NCBI GenBank assembly: GCA_016432485.1 | Contig: CP066691.1 | Coordinates: 281,762-345,761, forward strand | DNA from: Candidatus Niyogibacteria bacterium | GTDB lineage: Bacteria > Patescibacteriota > Minisyncoccia > HO2-45-28 | Direction: 5' to 3' | DNA: 64,000 bases | In this document: in pieces, positions 27,288 through 36,203 of the stretch | Numbering within the stretch: position 1 is the first letter of the stretch | Layout: every line of letters starts with the position of its first letter | Program-made: the position numbers and the translations under genes | The notes under the pieces: model-generated | Told to the model about the DNA's origin: nothing | Seen by the model: the letters and a program-made list of their open reading frames with translations, nothing else | Database searches by the model: none

Positions 27288-28430
27288 TTATTTATCTTCA
27301 AAATATTTTCTGCCTTTAAGCTTATCGGGCATCAAATCCTCGCTGGTGTATTTCTCATAACCTTTGCCGTAGTTTAAATTCTTCATCAATTTTGTGGACG
27401 CGTTTCGGATTTTAAGCGGAATCGGGAGGTTACCGTGATCTTTTGCGTCTTTCATCGCCGACATCAATCCGTCGTAAGCCCTGCGGTCTTTTTTGCACTG
27501 CGCCAAATACGCGACTCCATGAGCCAGATTTATCGCGCATTCGGGAAGTCCTATTGTTTCAACCGCGCGAAAGACCTCGTTAGCGACAACAAGCGCTGTC
27601 GGCTGGGCTAAACCAATATCTTCGGATGCAAAAATAACCATTCTGCGAGCGATAAATTTCGGGTCTTCGCCCGCGTCCACCATTCGCGCCAAATAATATA
27701 AAGCCGCATCCGGCTGGCTCGCGCGCATGCTTTTTATAAACGCGCTGATGGTATTATAATGTTCCTCGCCTTTTTTATCGTATCGTAAATGTTTTGATTG
27801 CAACGCGGATTTCAAATTTTCTAAATTAACTTTGCCATACAAATTATCCGTTGTTTCAAGCAAATTAAGAGCTTGGCGGGCGTCGCCGTTGGCCATGGCA
27901 ATAAGCCAATTTTGCGCGTCTTTTGGCATATTCATTTTAGTTCTGCGTATAATCCGCGTCATTTCGGCATTGTTTAATTCATTCATTACAAAAACACGGC
28001 AACGGGATAAAAGCGCGGGGATGACTTCAAAACTGGGATTTTCAGTGGTTGCGCCGATTAAAGTTAAACGCCCCGACTCAACAAAAGGCAATAAAAAATC
28101 CTGCTGGGCTTTATTGAAACGATGAATCTCGTCTAAAAATAAAATTTTACTTTTCTCGCCCAACTTGCCCTGATTGGTTCCAAGAATTTCTTTTATGTCT
28201 TCTTTTCCGGCCGAAACCGCCGAAAGTTCGTGAAGTTCGGCGTCAAGATTTCTTGCGTAAATCCGCGCGAGTGTTGTTTTGCCCACCCCCGGCGGGCCCC
28301 AAAAAATAAATGAAAAAAGGTGTCGTTTGCGAACGGCCTCATAAATCGGCTTTCCCTTGCCAGCCAAATGCCCCTGCCCCACGAATTCCCTTAAATTTTT
28401 TGGCCTGATTTTTGCCGCTAGCGGTTCCAT
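27288..28430 (-). CDS. rarA: recombination factor RarA/MgsA (AAA+ ATPase)
   Basis: Walker [12 protein letters not shown] and the RarA C-terminal helical domain. Confidence 0.85.
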   Translation of the reverse strand: MEPLAAKIRPKNLREFVGQGHLAGKGKPIYEAVRKRHLFSFIFWGPPGVGKTTLARIYARNLDAELHELSAVSAGKEDIKEILGTNQGKLGEKSKILFLDEIHRFNKAQQDFLLPFVESGRLTLIGATTENPSFEVIPALLSRCRVFVMNELNNAEMTRIIRRTKMNMPKDAQNWLIAMANGDARQALNLLETTDNLYGKVNLENLKSALQSKHLRYDKKGEEHYNTISAFIKSMRASQPDAALYYLARMVDAGEDPKFIARRMVIFASEDIGLAQPTALVVANEVFRAVETIGLPECAINLAHGVAYLAQCKKDRRAYDGLMSAMKDAKDHGNLPIPLKIRNASTKLMKNLNYGKGYEKYTSEDLMPDKLKGRKYFEDK

Positions 28431-28481
28431 AACGACTTAATTCTAATAAAAAAACCGCCTCGCGTGAAGCGGGACGGCTGG

Positions 28482-29075
28482 CTATTCGTGGTTTTTTGAA
28501 AACCATTTGGCAAATTTCGTAGCGGCGTTACTATCTCTTTTTTTGCGCCACAAGGCGCGCTCCCCATCGTTCATTTCGGCAATAGTTTTTGTATAACCCT
28601 CCGGAACAAAAATCTGCCACAAACCCGACCACGCCTCTTTCGTCAACTCGCCTTTTGGCTTATTCGAAACAGAGCCCAAAATTGTGTCTTCAAAAAATTT
28701 TACATTCTCGCCGTCATCGGTATAAGCAAGACACTCGCGAAATTCGCATTTGCGCGTCCTTTTTTTGACAAGCACCATAATCCCCTCCGGCCCAAGCGTC
28801 ATAAAAGCGAATCTGACAAACGTCCCCGGAAAGTTCGGCCAAGCGTGGAGATAAAAACCAGAATCCTGCACAATCACGGGCTTTTTTATCAATTTATATG
28901 CCGCCAAAACTTTCTGTCTGGCAATTTCTTTTAGGTCCATCAATTGCGGCTCCGGCAATTCTCTATCTATGTGCTCAATTTCAATCCCATACGGCTCAAA
29001 AACGGTCTTAAATGAAGCGACTTTACCGGGATTCGTGGTTACCAGACAAATTTTAGACATACGCCTTCTCCGCAA
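28482..29075 (-). CDS. Ham1/RdgB-family non-canonical purine NTP pyrophosphatase
   Basis: N-terminal TTNPGKVASFK and C-terminal FVPEGYTKTIAEM motifs. Confidence 0.7.
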   Translation of the reverse strand: MRRRRMSKICLVTTNPGKVASFKTVFEPYGIEIEHIDRELPEPQLMDLKEIARQKVLAAYKLIKKPVIVQDSGFYLHAWPNFPGTFVRFAFMTLGPEGIMVLVKKRTRKCEFRECLAYTDDGENVKFFEDTILGSVSNKPKGELTKEAWSGLWQIFVPEGYTKTIAEMNDGERALWRKKRDSNAATKFAKWFSKNHE

Positions 29076-29114
29076 ATATAACCAAATCCTAAATTAGGTT
29101 ATCAGAAAATACAC

Positions 29115-29336
29115 TTATTGCAATATTTCAAAAATTTTGGAGGGGCGGCGGGCTCCTTTTATCATACGAACGCGCGATGCGGGGATTTTTAAATGTTCGG
29201 CAAGAGCGCGGATAACCGCGCGGTTGGCCTCGCCCCGTTCGGCTTTTGCTTTTACGCAAATCTCAAAATGATTTTCTGATTTACGCGAAATCCCCTCTTT
29301 TTTCGCGCCGGCAAAAACTTTTACTTTAATTAACAT
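29115..29336 (-). CDS. DUF167 (YggU/UPF0235) protein
   Basis: VKAKAERGEANRAVIRALAEHLKIPASRVRMIKGARRPSK matches the YggU pattern. Confidence 0.7.
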   Translation of the reverse strand: MLIKVKVFAGAKKEGISRKSENHFEICVKAKAERGEANRAVIRALAEHLKIPASRVRMIKGARRPSKIFEILQ

Positions 29337-29387
29337 AATTATTCATATCTCACCGGAGGCATTTTTAAGAAATTTAAAAACTCAAGT

Positions 29388-30089
29388 TTATTTTATTCTT
29401 ATTTTTTTCTCGTTTCGTCCGGCGTAATAATCGCACTTTTTGCACTCCAAATCGTCTCCCGGGTAAGGTTTTTCAAGAAAATCAACCATTTCTTTGAGTT
29501 TCTTTTCAAAATTTTTGGCGTCAATTTTCACTTCGTCCACATGACTCGCGAATTTCACTTCTGTTGACGGGTCGTTTTTGTCTTTGACGAAATAGTGCAG
29601 CAAAAAGGCGCGGTCTGACGGCTTATATCCGTTTTTCAAAAACATATAGCCATAGGCGGCAAGTTGGTCGCGGTAATATTTCTGCTTGTCTTCAGCCGGC
29701 GCGTTGCCGGATGATTTGTAATCGGCCGGAATAAAGCGGCCGTCCGATTCCACAAAAACATCGTCAATTTTTCCGACAAGTTCGTAACCCGAATTTTCAT
29801 TTACCACTTTAAGCGCGCTGGAATTGGTCCGCCACTCGTTGAGAAGTTCCAGATCGTCAAAAGTCCTTATGCCCATTTTCTCAAGCTCCTTGGATTCCGG
29901 CGGAAATTTTTTGTCGGCGCGGTATTTGTCGTATCTGGTCTTTAAAATGCTGTCCATCGCCGTATTTAAAGCCAACGGCAGCATCGGCGGTTTTCTATGA
30001 TGATTCTCAAGCCAAAAACAGGCCTTGCATTCCGTATAAGAATAAAGCCCGCTCGGGCTCAACTTCCATAATCCATTTTTTGTTTTCAT
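29388..30089 (-). CDS. PD-(D/E)xK nuclease, Cas4/RecB-like, with four Cys
   Basis: IDD...ADYK nuclease motif. N-terminal CKAC and C-terminal CKKC pairs, consistent with Cas4-type Fe-S ligation. Confidence 0.55.
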   Translation of the reverse strand: MKTKNGLWKLSPSGLYSYTECKACFWLENHHRKPPMLPLALNTAMDSILKTRYDKYRADKKFPPESKELEKMGIRTFDDLELLNEWRTNSSALKVVNENSGYELVGKIDDVFVESDGRFIPADYKSSGNAPAEDKQKYYRDQLAAYGYMFLKNGYKPSDRAFLLHYFVKDKNDPSTEVKFASHVDEVKIDAKNFEKKLKEMVDFLEKPYPGDDLECKKCDYYAGRNEKKIRIK

Positions 30090-30271
30090 GATTTTGGTTT
30101 TTTGTTCTTTTTTAAGTGTTTAAAAATCTCAATTTGACGAAGGCGCCTTTCGGCTTCTTTTTTTGTGTTATATCTTCCAAAAACTCTGCCTGTTTTTTCC
30201 GACGTCACCACATACTGTCCCTTGACTTTTTTAATCACGTACCTATAATAACACCGGACGTTGTTAAGCAT
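30086..30271 (-). CDS. small basic protein, hypothetical
   Basis: 61 aa, Lys/Arg-rich; overlaps the upstream nuclease gene by 4 nt. Confidence 0.35.
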   Translation of the reverse strand: MLNNVRCYYRYVIKKVKGQYVVTSEKTGRVFGRYNTKKEAERRLRQIEIFKHLKKNKKPKS

Positions 30272-30556
30272 AAGGGGGATGCCGTGAAAATTCTACGCGC
30301 TCTTCTTAAGGCGCTAAATCCTCTCATCTGGCTTATTAATCTGTTTATGTACTTTGCGCATCTTGAGGGTCAGAGATCTTGTAAAGAATATCATCCTTAT
30401 GATTTTTTCTGGGATCTAAAATATTTTTAAGGCCGAACCGCCCAACCCTCTTGGGCGGTTTCAATTGTTGCAAAGCATTTAATTATTCATATAATGTATA
30501 GAGAAGTTCCCTTTAAATTCATTCCGCAGTAGCTCAATGGTAGAGCAGCTCCCTGT

Positions 30557-31128
30557 GAATAAAATAGTTCGTTTTTTGTGGTATACTTAAATGTGTATGC
30601 CAAAAGAAAAACGAACATACGCCGACCGCCGAGAGTATTTAAAAATGGCAGTGACCAAAAGACGACGAAGATTAAAAACACTGCTTGTAGAATATAAAGG
30701 CGGGAAATGCACGGTCTGCAGTTATAATAAAACCCCGTGGGCAATGGATCTTCATCATGTTGATGAATCCAAGAAATCATTTGATATGTCCTCACGCGGA
30801 CTTACCCGCTCATGGGAACGTCTTAAAAAAGAGGCAGATAAGTGTGTGTTGCTTTGTGCAAATTGTCACAGAGAAATACACGCCGGCGTAACGCAGCTTC
30901 CTAAAGTAATTTAGGTTGAAAAATCTCGGGATAACGGTGAAGCCCTAAATCTTTTGCATTAGATTGGGTAATACCGTGGGAACCTTTGCTTGTTCGGGGT
31001 TTACTCCGAGCGAAGTCGAGGAGCGCCGTAGAGACTAGATACCGAGATCCCGCCATTCATTTGAAATATTATTTAATGGAGGGGGGGAAAGATATAGTCC
31101 AACCCTAAAAGTAATTTTAGGACCGTTG
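30557..31128 (+). mobile_element. group I intron (about 572 nt) with an embedded HNH homing-endonuclease ORF
   Basis: Lies between tRNA halves. Exon 1 ends in T and the intron ends in G (accgttG). P7-like pairing GAGACTAGA / GATATAGTCC, with the latter close to the Tetrahymena AGATATAGTCGG segment. P9-like hairpin CCTAAAAgtaaTTTTAGG just before the 3' splice site. Confidence 0.6.
30591..30914 (+). CDS. HNH homing endonuclease (intron-encoded)
   Basis: CTVCS...DLHHVD...CANCHREIH HNH/zinc-finger motif; 107 aa, basic. Confidence 0.75.
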   Translation: MCMPKEKRTYADRREYLKMAVTKRRRRLKTLLVEYKGGKCTVCSYNKTPWAMDLHHVDESKKSFDMSSRGLTRSWERLKKEADKCVLLCANCHREIHAGVTQLPKVI

Positions 31129-31234
31129 TAAGGAGTTGGTTGTAGGTTCGAATCCTACCTGCGGAGCCAATAAACTAGATACGAACTCATTTTTTGAAGA
31201 TTAGACCTCTATCAGAGGTCGTATCCAGCGCGGT

Positions 31235-31270
31235 TGACAATCGCTTGACAATTGAATATAGATTGCTTGG
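31235..31270 (+). promoter_or_regulatory. candidate promoter for the SNF2 operon
   Basis: Two TTGACA hexamers (GCGGTTGACAATCGCTTGACAATTGAATATAGAT); the first is 17 nt from TATAGA. Confidence 0.3.
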
Positions 31271-31292
31271 GTTTTGTGCCGCAAAACGCCCC

Positions 31293-31331
31293 GCCCCCGC
31301 CTCCGGCATATGCCGGAGGCGGGGGGTTTTA
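31293..31331 (+). terminator. intrinsic terminator downstream of the tRNA
   Basis: CCCCGCCTCCGGCATATGCCGGAGGCGGGGGG followed by TTTT. Confidence 0.7.
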
Positions 31332-31464
31332 GGTTGAAATCAGGCCAAAAATGTGGGAAAGTAAGGGGGATATGAAGAATCTCATGGAAAAATTGAAAAA
31401 GGTGCTTATCAAAGAGATGTTTACACATTCGGTGTTCCGCTTGATGATTTAATCAAGTAGAAAT

Positions 31465-34398
31465 ATGTCGGTTTTTCTTAAAAAATATTTGGCTGAAAAA
31501 GTAGCTCTTCAAAAAATGGCCGGCTCTTTGAACCGCCTATCTTCTGTCTTGGCAAAATCAACGATTGACCTCAACCCGTATCAAATTCATGCGGCTCTTT
31601 ACGCATTTAACAGTCCGCTTTCTCGTGGCGCAATTTTGGCCGATGAAGTCGGCTTGGGTAAGACGATTGAAGCCGGCATTATCATATCCCAACTTTGGGC
31701 CGAAGGGAAGAGAAAGATATTAATTCTTGCCCCGGCCTCGTTAAGAAAACAGTGGCAAGATGAGTTGCTTTCAAAATTTGGAATTGAATCAGAAGTTTGG
31801 GACGGCCCCTCTTTTAGGGCGCAAACAGACATGGGAGAAAAGACACCCCTAACTTACAGTGGCGTTTTTATAATTTCTTACCATTTTGCTTACAGCCACC
31901 TTGAATTGATAAGGAAGCAAGGTTGGGCTGTTGTTGTAATAGATGAAGCCCATCGTTTTAGGCGTGTGTTCAAGGGAAGAGATGCCTCAAAAATGGCATA
32001 CGACATTCGGGAAATAATAAAAGATAAACCAAAGGTTTTGCTGACGGCAACACCCCTGCAAAACAGCCTTGAGGAATTATACGGGATAGCAAGTTTTATA
32101 GACGACAAGCTTCTCGGATCATCCTATAGTTTCAAAACGAAGTTCATACAGCCGATAAAGGACCAGTCGGGGTTAGCTAAATTGAGATTGGAGGAATTGA
32201 GGGCATTGATACGCGGGGAAGAAGGCGACGACCCGTCGTCAATCTCCGGAGTAATTACACGGACTTTGAGAAAACAAGTTTTGGAGTATGTGCAATTTAC
32301 CGACAGGACATCAATGACTTTTGACTTTACTCCCACCGAGGAAGAAGTTGAATTGTACGAGAAAGTTTCCGCATACCTCCAGCGTCCTAATGTGGCGGCC
32401 ATTACCGCGACGCAGAGAAATTTGATGATTCTCGTTTACAGAAAATTATTGGCCAGTTCGTCGTTCGCCATAGCCGACACCCTGAAGAAGTTAAGTGAGA
32501 ATCTAAAAAACGAATTGAAGTTGCGAAATAAAGAAGCAGTGGCCGAGGAGTTGAATCCGGAGTCAACGGCAGATGAGGGCCTTTTGGAAGAATTTGAAGA
32601 ATCAGAATTGGAGGGAGTAGAACAAGGTCAGAAGAAAGAAAAGCAACGCGTTGACGATACTTTTAGCGATGACGACATAAAAAAGGAAATAGAGGAGTTG
32701 GAAGGATATTATTCATTGGCAGTCAAAATTAAAGAAAACACAAAGGGTAAAGCGTTGATTAACGCCTTGTCGCAACTTTTCAAACAGGCCAGAGAAAAGA
32801 AGTGGCCTGAAAAAGCTGTGGTGTTCACAGAGTCAACGCGCACTCAGGACTATCTTTTAAAACTTCTCAAAGAAGCCGGAATTTCTTTTACGGAATTCAA
32901 CGGGTCAAATAACTCGCCCGAAGCACGAGAGGCATTCAATCGTTGGAAAAAGGAGTTTCCAGAAGCGGCATCTGTTGGTTCAGCATCTGCCAACACGCGC
33001 CAAGCTCTTATTCATGACTTCAGAACAAATACACAAGTCTTGCTTACCACAGAAGCGGGGGCGGAAGGATTAAACCTCCAGTTTGCAAATATTGTCATCA
33101 ATTATGATTTGCCGTGGAATCCTCAAAGAGTGGAACAGAGAATCGGCCGTTGCCACCGCTACGGCCAAAAGCACCAAGTGGTAGTTGCGAATTTTCTTAA
33201 TACAAAAAATTACGCCGATAAGCGAGTACTGGAATTGTTGAGCGAGAAACTAAATTTATTTAACGGACTTTTTGGAAGTTCCGATGAGATTCTTGGCGCT
33301 TTGGAATCCGGTCTTGATTTTGAAAAGAAGATACTTGAAATTTATCAAAACAGCAGAAGCCCTGAAGAATACGACAAAGCGTTTACAGAACTACAGGAAA
33401 GCTTGAAAGATGTTATCTCAAAAACAACCTTGCAATATAGAAACTTGTTATTGGAAAGCGCGGATCAAGCTGTTGCCGCATTATTCAAAAAAACGGAAGC
33501 GGAAACTAAAAAAGCGATTTCAGATTTTGACAGGGATTTGCTTTTTCTCTGCAAGCTCACGCTGGAAGAAAAGATAAAACCAACCGAGGATGAGGCGATT
33601 TTTGTGATAGATGGTTATAAATTTCCGATTGCTTTTCGAGAGCTTCGCGATGATGAAGAAGGTAAAATTTCCCGCGCGCACAAAGACCATCCAGTCATCA
33701 GTAAAATTATTGAAGATAATTTGAAACTGCAAACTAAGCCGATACCTTCTTTGATTTTTGAGCTTTCAAAACACGGCGGTAAAATATCCCAGTTGAGCGA
33801 CGCTAAAGTAAAAGAAGGATTTATATTTCTTTGGAAGTTAAAGATAGCCGGAGTCGAGACGGAAGAAATTTTAGTGCCGCTCGTTTTTCTCGAAAAAACA
33901 GAAGGCGAATTCAGCGCATTGGATGTGGCAATTGCCAATGAATTCATTGATGTGGAAAGTGTTGATTCTGAAAAAACACTTGAGAGTTCGCCTATTAAAA
34001 AAGAGTTTTTGCTTCAAACTTGGGAAAAATGGAAAAAGCCAGTTGTAGAAAGGTATCAGAAAAGAAATGAGCGTCTTTTTGACAGGGAGACGAACAGGAT
34101 AAACCGATATTACGACGACTACGCGCTTCGTGTTGAAGATAGGATGAAAAAGTCGGAAAATGAACAAAAGGATGTAAATCGTAGGAGAGATAATTCCTCC
34201 GACTTGGAAGAAAGGCGGAAGTTGCTCAAGCGAATTCAAGACATCAATATTGCTTTGGACAAGCTAAGAATCCAGCAGTTGAAGTTGAGACAAGAAGGTG
34301 CGAAATTGCGAGAAAAAGAACTGGACAATCTTTGGAAAACTCTGGAGCCGAAAATTTCCGAAGAAATGATTGCGATAACGCATTTCACCATTCAATAA
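31465..34398 (+). CDS. SNF2-family DNA-dependent ATPase/translocase with a roughly 350-aa C-terminal domain of unknown function
   Basis: Motif I DEVGLGKT, Ia PASLRKQWQDE, II DEAH, III TATPLQNSLEELY, helicase-C motifs (TEAGAEGLNLQ, QRIGRCHRYGQ). Acidic insert between lobes; coiled-coil C-terminus. Confidence 0.85.
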   Translation: MSVFLKKYLAEKVALQKMAGSLNRLSSVLAKSTIDLNPYQIHAALYAFNSPLSRGAILADEVGLGKTIEAGIIISQLWAEGKRKILILAPASLRKQWQDELLSKFGIESEVWDGPSFRAQTDMGEKTPLTYSGVFIISYHFAYSHLELIRKQGWAVVVIDEAHRFRRVFKGRDASKMAYDIREIIKDKPKVLLTATPLQNSLEELYGIASFIDDKLLGSSYSFKTKFIQPIKDQSGLAKLRLEELRALIRGEEGDDPSSISGVITRTLRKQVLEYVQFTDRTSMTFDFTPTEEEVELYEKVSAYLQRPNVAAITATQRNLMILVYRKLLASSSFAIADTLKKLSENLKNELKLRNKEAVAEELNPESTADEGLLEEFEESELEGVEQGQKKEKQRVDDTFSDDDIKKEIEELEGYYSLAVKIKENTKGKALINALSQLFKQAREKKWPEKAVVFTESTRTQDYLLKLLKEAGISFTEFNGSNNSPEAREAFNRWKKEFPEAASVGSASANTRQALIHDFRTNTQVLLTTEAGAEGLNLQFANIVINYDLPWNPQRVEQRIGRCHRYGQKHQVVVANFLNTKNYADKRVLELLSEKLNLFNGLFGSSDEILGALESGLDFEKKILEIYQNSRSPEEYDKAFTELQESLKDVISKTTLQYRNLLLESADQAVAALFKKTEAETKKAISDFDRDLLFLCKLTLEEKIKPTEDEAIFVIDGYKFPIAFRELRDDEEGKISRAHKDHPVISKIIEDNLKLQTKPIPSLIFELSKHGGKISQLSDAKVKEGFIFLWKLKIAGVETEEILVPLVFLEKTEGEFSALDVAIANEFIDVESVDSEKTLESSPIKKEFLLQTWEKWKKPVVERYQKRNERLFDRETNRINRYYDDYALRVEDRMKKSENEQKDVNRRRDNSSDLEERRKLLKRIQDINIALDKLRIQQLKLRQEGAKLREKELDNLWKTLEPKISEEMIAITHFTIQ

Positions 34399-34399
34399 T

Positions 34400-35374
34400 A
34401 TGTCAACGGAAATTAAACAAAAAAAACAGGACTTGGGAATTTTTTACACCGACCAGAGAATCGTGAGTTTTATATATGATATTCTTTCTGTCTGGAAAGC
34501 AAAAGAGGACGAGGATTTAAAGCGTTGGGAGAGTCGAAAACCTCATGCTCACTATCCGTCAGTTATTGATCCGGCTTGCGGCGAGGGAATCTTCTTAAAG
34601 AAAGCAGTGGAGTCCGGTTTTACCGGATACAATCCTACACATAAAGTGCCATATATTTTCGGTATTGATATAGATGAATCGGTTGTTGATAAATGGGAAT
34701 CTGTTGAGCTTCTAAATTTTTTCCACGAAGACAGAAGGGCAATGAAAAATCACTTTTATGGCCAAAACGGATTGCTTAATCTGCCGAATAGAAAATTGCC
34801 TTACAAAAAAATGGAAGACGGACTTGTACAATTTGATGCGGTTGTTGGTAATCCGCCGTATGGAGGCATCGGTCTTAAAGAAGAAGAAATGAGGGGCAAA
34901 TTGGCGGCATCCCTTTTGGAGTACGAGATATGGAAATACGCTTTTGATATACAAATAAGCAAGCAGGGAAATATGTTTGGATCCATGGCCTCTCAAAAGG
35001 ACATTGTAAATAGATTGAGAAATATGCCCATCGAAATTTTATTTCTAGAGAGATTTATACAACTTGCAAAGCCGGGCGGTTGGATAGCTATCATTATTCC
35101 AGACGGCATTTTAACCAATTCAAATTCTCACTATGTACGCGAATTTGTTAGCGAGAAAGCAAGAGTGGAAGCAATTGTTTCTTTGCCGCGAGACGCTTTC
35201 AAAAATGTTGGCACAACAGCCAAAACCAGCATTTTATTTTTACAAAAATATAAAGACCAAGGGAAAGAGCGAGATTTAAACTATCCGGTTTTTCTCGCTT
35301 CAGTCGAATCTCTTGAAGAAAAATATTTTAAAATTATAAAAGATGCTTACCAAAAGCATTATACAAAAATATGA
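34400..35374 (+). CDS. gamma-class N6-adenine DNA methyltransferase (HsdM/Eco57I-like catalytic module without TRD)
   Basis: Motif I DPACGEGIFL and motif IV VVGNPPYGG; the start is 2 nt after the SNF2 stop. Confidence 0.8.
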   Translation: MSTEIKQKKQDLGIFYTDQRIVSFIYDILSVWKAKEDEDLKRWESRKPHAHYPSVIDPACGEGIFLKKAVESGFTGYNPTHKVPYIFGIDIDESVVDKWESVELLNFFHEDRRAMKNHFYGQNGLLNLPNRKLPYKKMEDGLVQFDAVVGNPPYGGIGLKEEEMRGKLAASLLEYEIWKYAFDIQISKQGNMFGSMASQKDIVNRLRNMPIEILFLERFIQLAKPGGWIAIIIPDGILTNSNSHYVREFVSEKARVEAIVSLPRDAFKNVGTTAKTSILFLQKYKDQGKERDLNYPVFLASVESLEEKYFKIIKDAYQKHYTKI

Positions 35375-36198
35375 GCAAGAAAAATTTAGTTCAAATAACA
35401 ACAGATGAAAAAGGTCGGGAAATCGTAATGGTACGAGTGGATAAAACCCTGAAAGAAATGATGGAAGAAAAACCATCAAGTAGATGGAATGCTGCTTACT
35501 GGCATCCAACCTATGTTAAAAATTCAGAAGAAATAGCAGCAAGTAATTTTTCTGTAATTAAAATAGGCGACGCGGAAGAAAGATTGACTTATGGCGCAAT
35601 CGTTACTGGCGGGAAAAATTATGAGGGGAAGGGAGTATTTTTAGTCAATCAGGGAGATATCCAATTTACCGGATTAGATAATACGAATTTGAAAGAAGTT
35701 AAAAAAGCTTCTCCTTGGAATATTGAACGCGCAAAGGTTAAACTTAATTCTTTGATTTTAGCTCGATCTGGAGTTGGAGGAGTTGGTAAAAATCGAATTA
35801 CTATTATAACCAAGCCAATGAATGCGGTGGTAGATAGTTTTGTTGATGTTTTAGACCTAGACGATAAAAAAATTAATCCTGTTTATGTACTTGTCTTTTG
35901 GAAAACTATGTTTGGGAAATTACAAATTGAAAGAATAATAAATGGCGTTGGAACTGTAAATATTAGTTTTGATGAAATTAGAGAAATGAAAATACTTGAT
36001 ATTTCGGAAGGTGTTCAAGGCAATATTGAATCCGAATATAAAAAAATATCTGTCTTTCACGACAAGGCAATGGAAGCAAAGAAAAAGGGCAAGGATGTGG
36101 AATACAAAGCTAACATGGAAACCGCCGAGAGAATGCTGAAAGATTTAATCGCTAAAACCGAAGCCGTTATTCGCGGCGAGAAAAAAGATGTAATTTAA
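35371..36198 (+). CDS. HsdS-like DNA specificity protein with a single target-recognition domain
   Basis: TRD-like pattern (LTYGAIVTGG..., LILARSGVGGVGKNRITI, INGVGTVNISFDEIREMKILDISE) plus a helical conserved region. Overlaps the MTase stop by 4 nt. Confidence 0.7.
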   Translation: MSKKNLVQITTDEKGREIVMVRVDKTLKEMMEEKPSSRWNAAYWHPTYVKNSEEIAASNFSVIKIGDAEERLTYGAIVTGGKNYEGKGVFLVNQGDIQFTGLDNTNLKEVKKASPWNIERAKVKLNSLILARSGVGGVGKNRITIITKPMNAVVDSFVDVLDLDDKKINPVYVLVFWKTMFGKLQIERIINGVGTVNISFDEIREMKILDISEGVQGNIESEYKKISVFHDKAMEAKKKGKDVEYKANMETAERMLKDLIAKTEAVIRGEKKDVI

Positions 36199-36203
36199 TT
36201 TTT

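Larger units (their letters stand above)
30523..31169 (+). tRNA. tRNA interrupted in the anticodon loop by a group I intron (exon 1 30523-30556, exon 2 31129-31169 including the encoded CCA); after splicing most likely tRNA-Asn(GTT)
   Basis: 5' half: acceptor TCCGCAG, D-arm GCTCAATGGTAGAGC, anticodon stem GCTCC and loop start CTGT. 3' half: TAA-GGAGT, T-arm GTAGGTTCGAATCCTAC, acceptor CTGCGGA, G73, CCA. The two acceptor strands are perfectly complementary. Spliced loop CTGTTAA matches E. coli tRNA-Asn. Confidence 0.7.

Noticed and set aside
30523-30560. Reading the 5' tRNA half on its own as a tRNA-His (contiguous GTG in a CTGTGAA loop)
   Set aside because: The sequence after the loop does not complete the anticodon stem, and the matching 3' half lies about 570 nt downstream. 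With a U-ending exon 1 and a G-ending intron, the spliced loop is CTGTTAA (Asn, GTT). G73 also fits Asn rather than His.
31201-31428. Minus-strand 75-aa ORF downstream of the tRNA
   Set aside because: It spans the GC hairpin terminator and promoter-like region, has no RBS and has odd composition. Treated as spurious.
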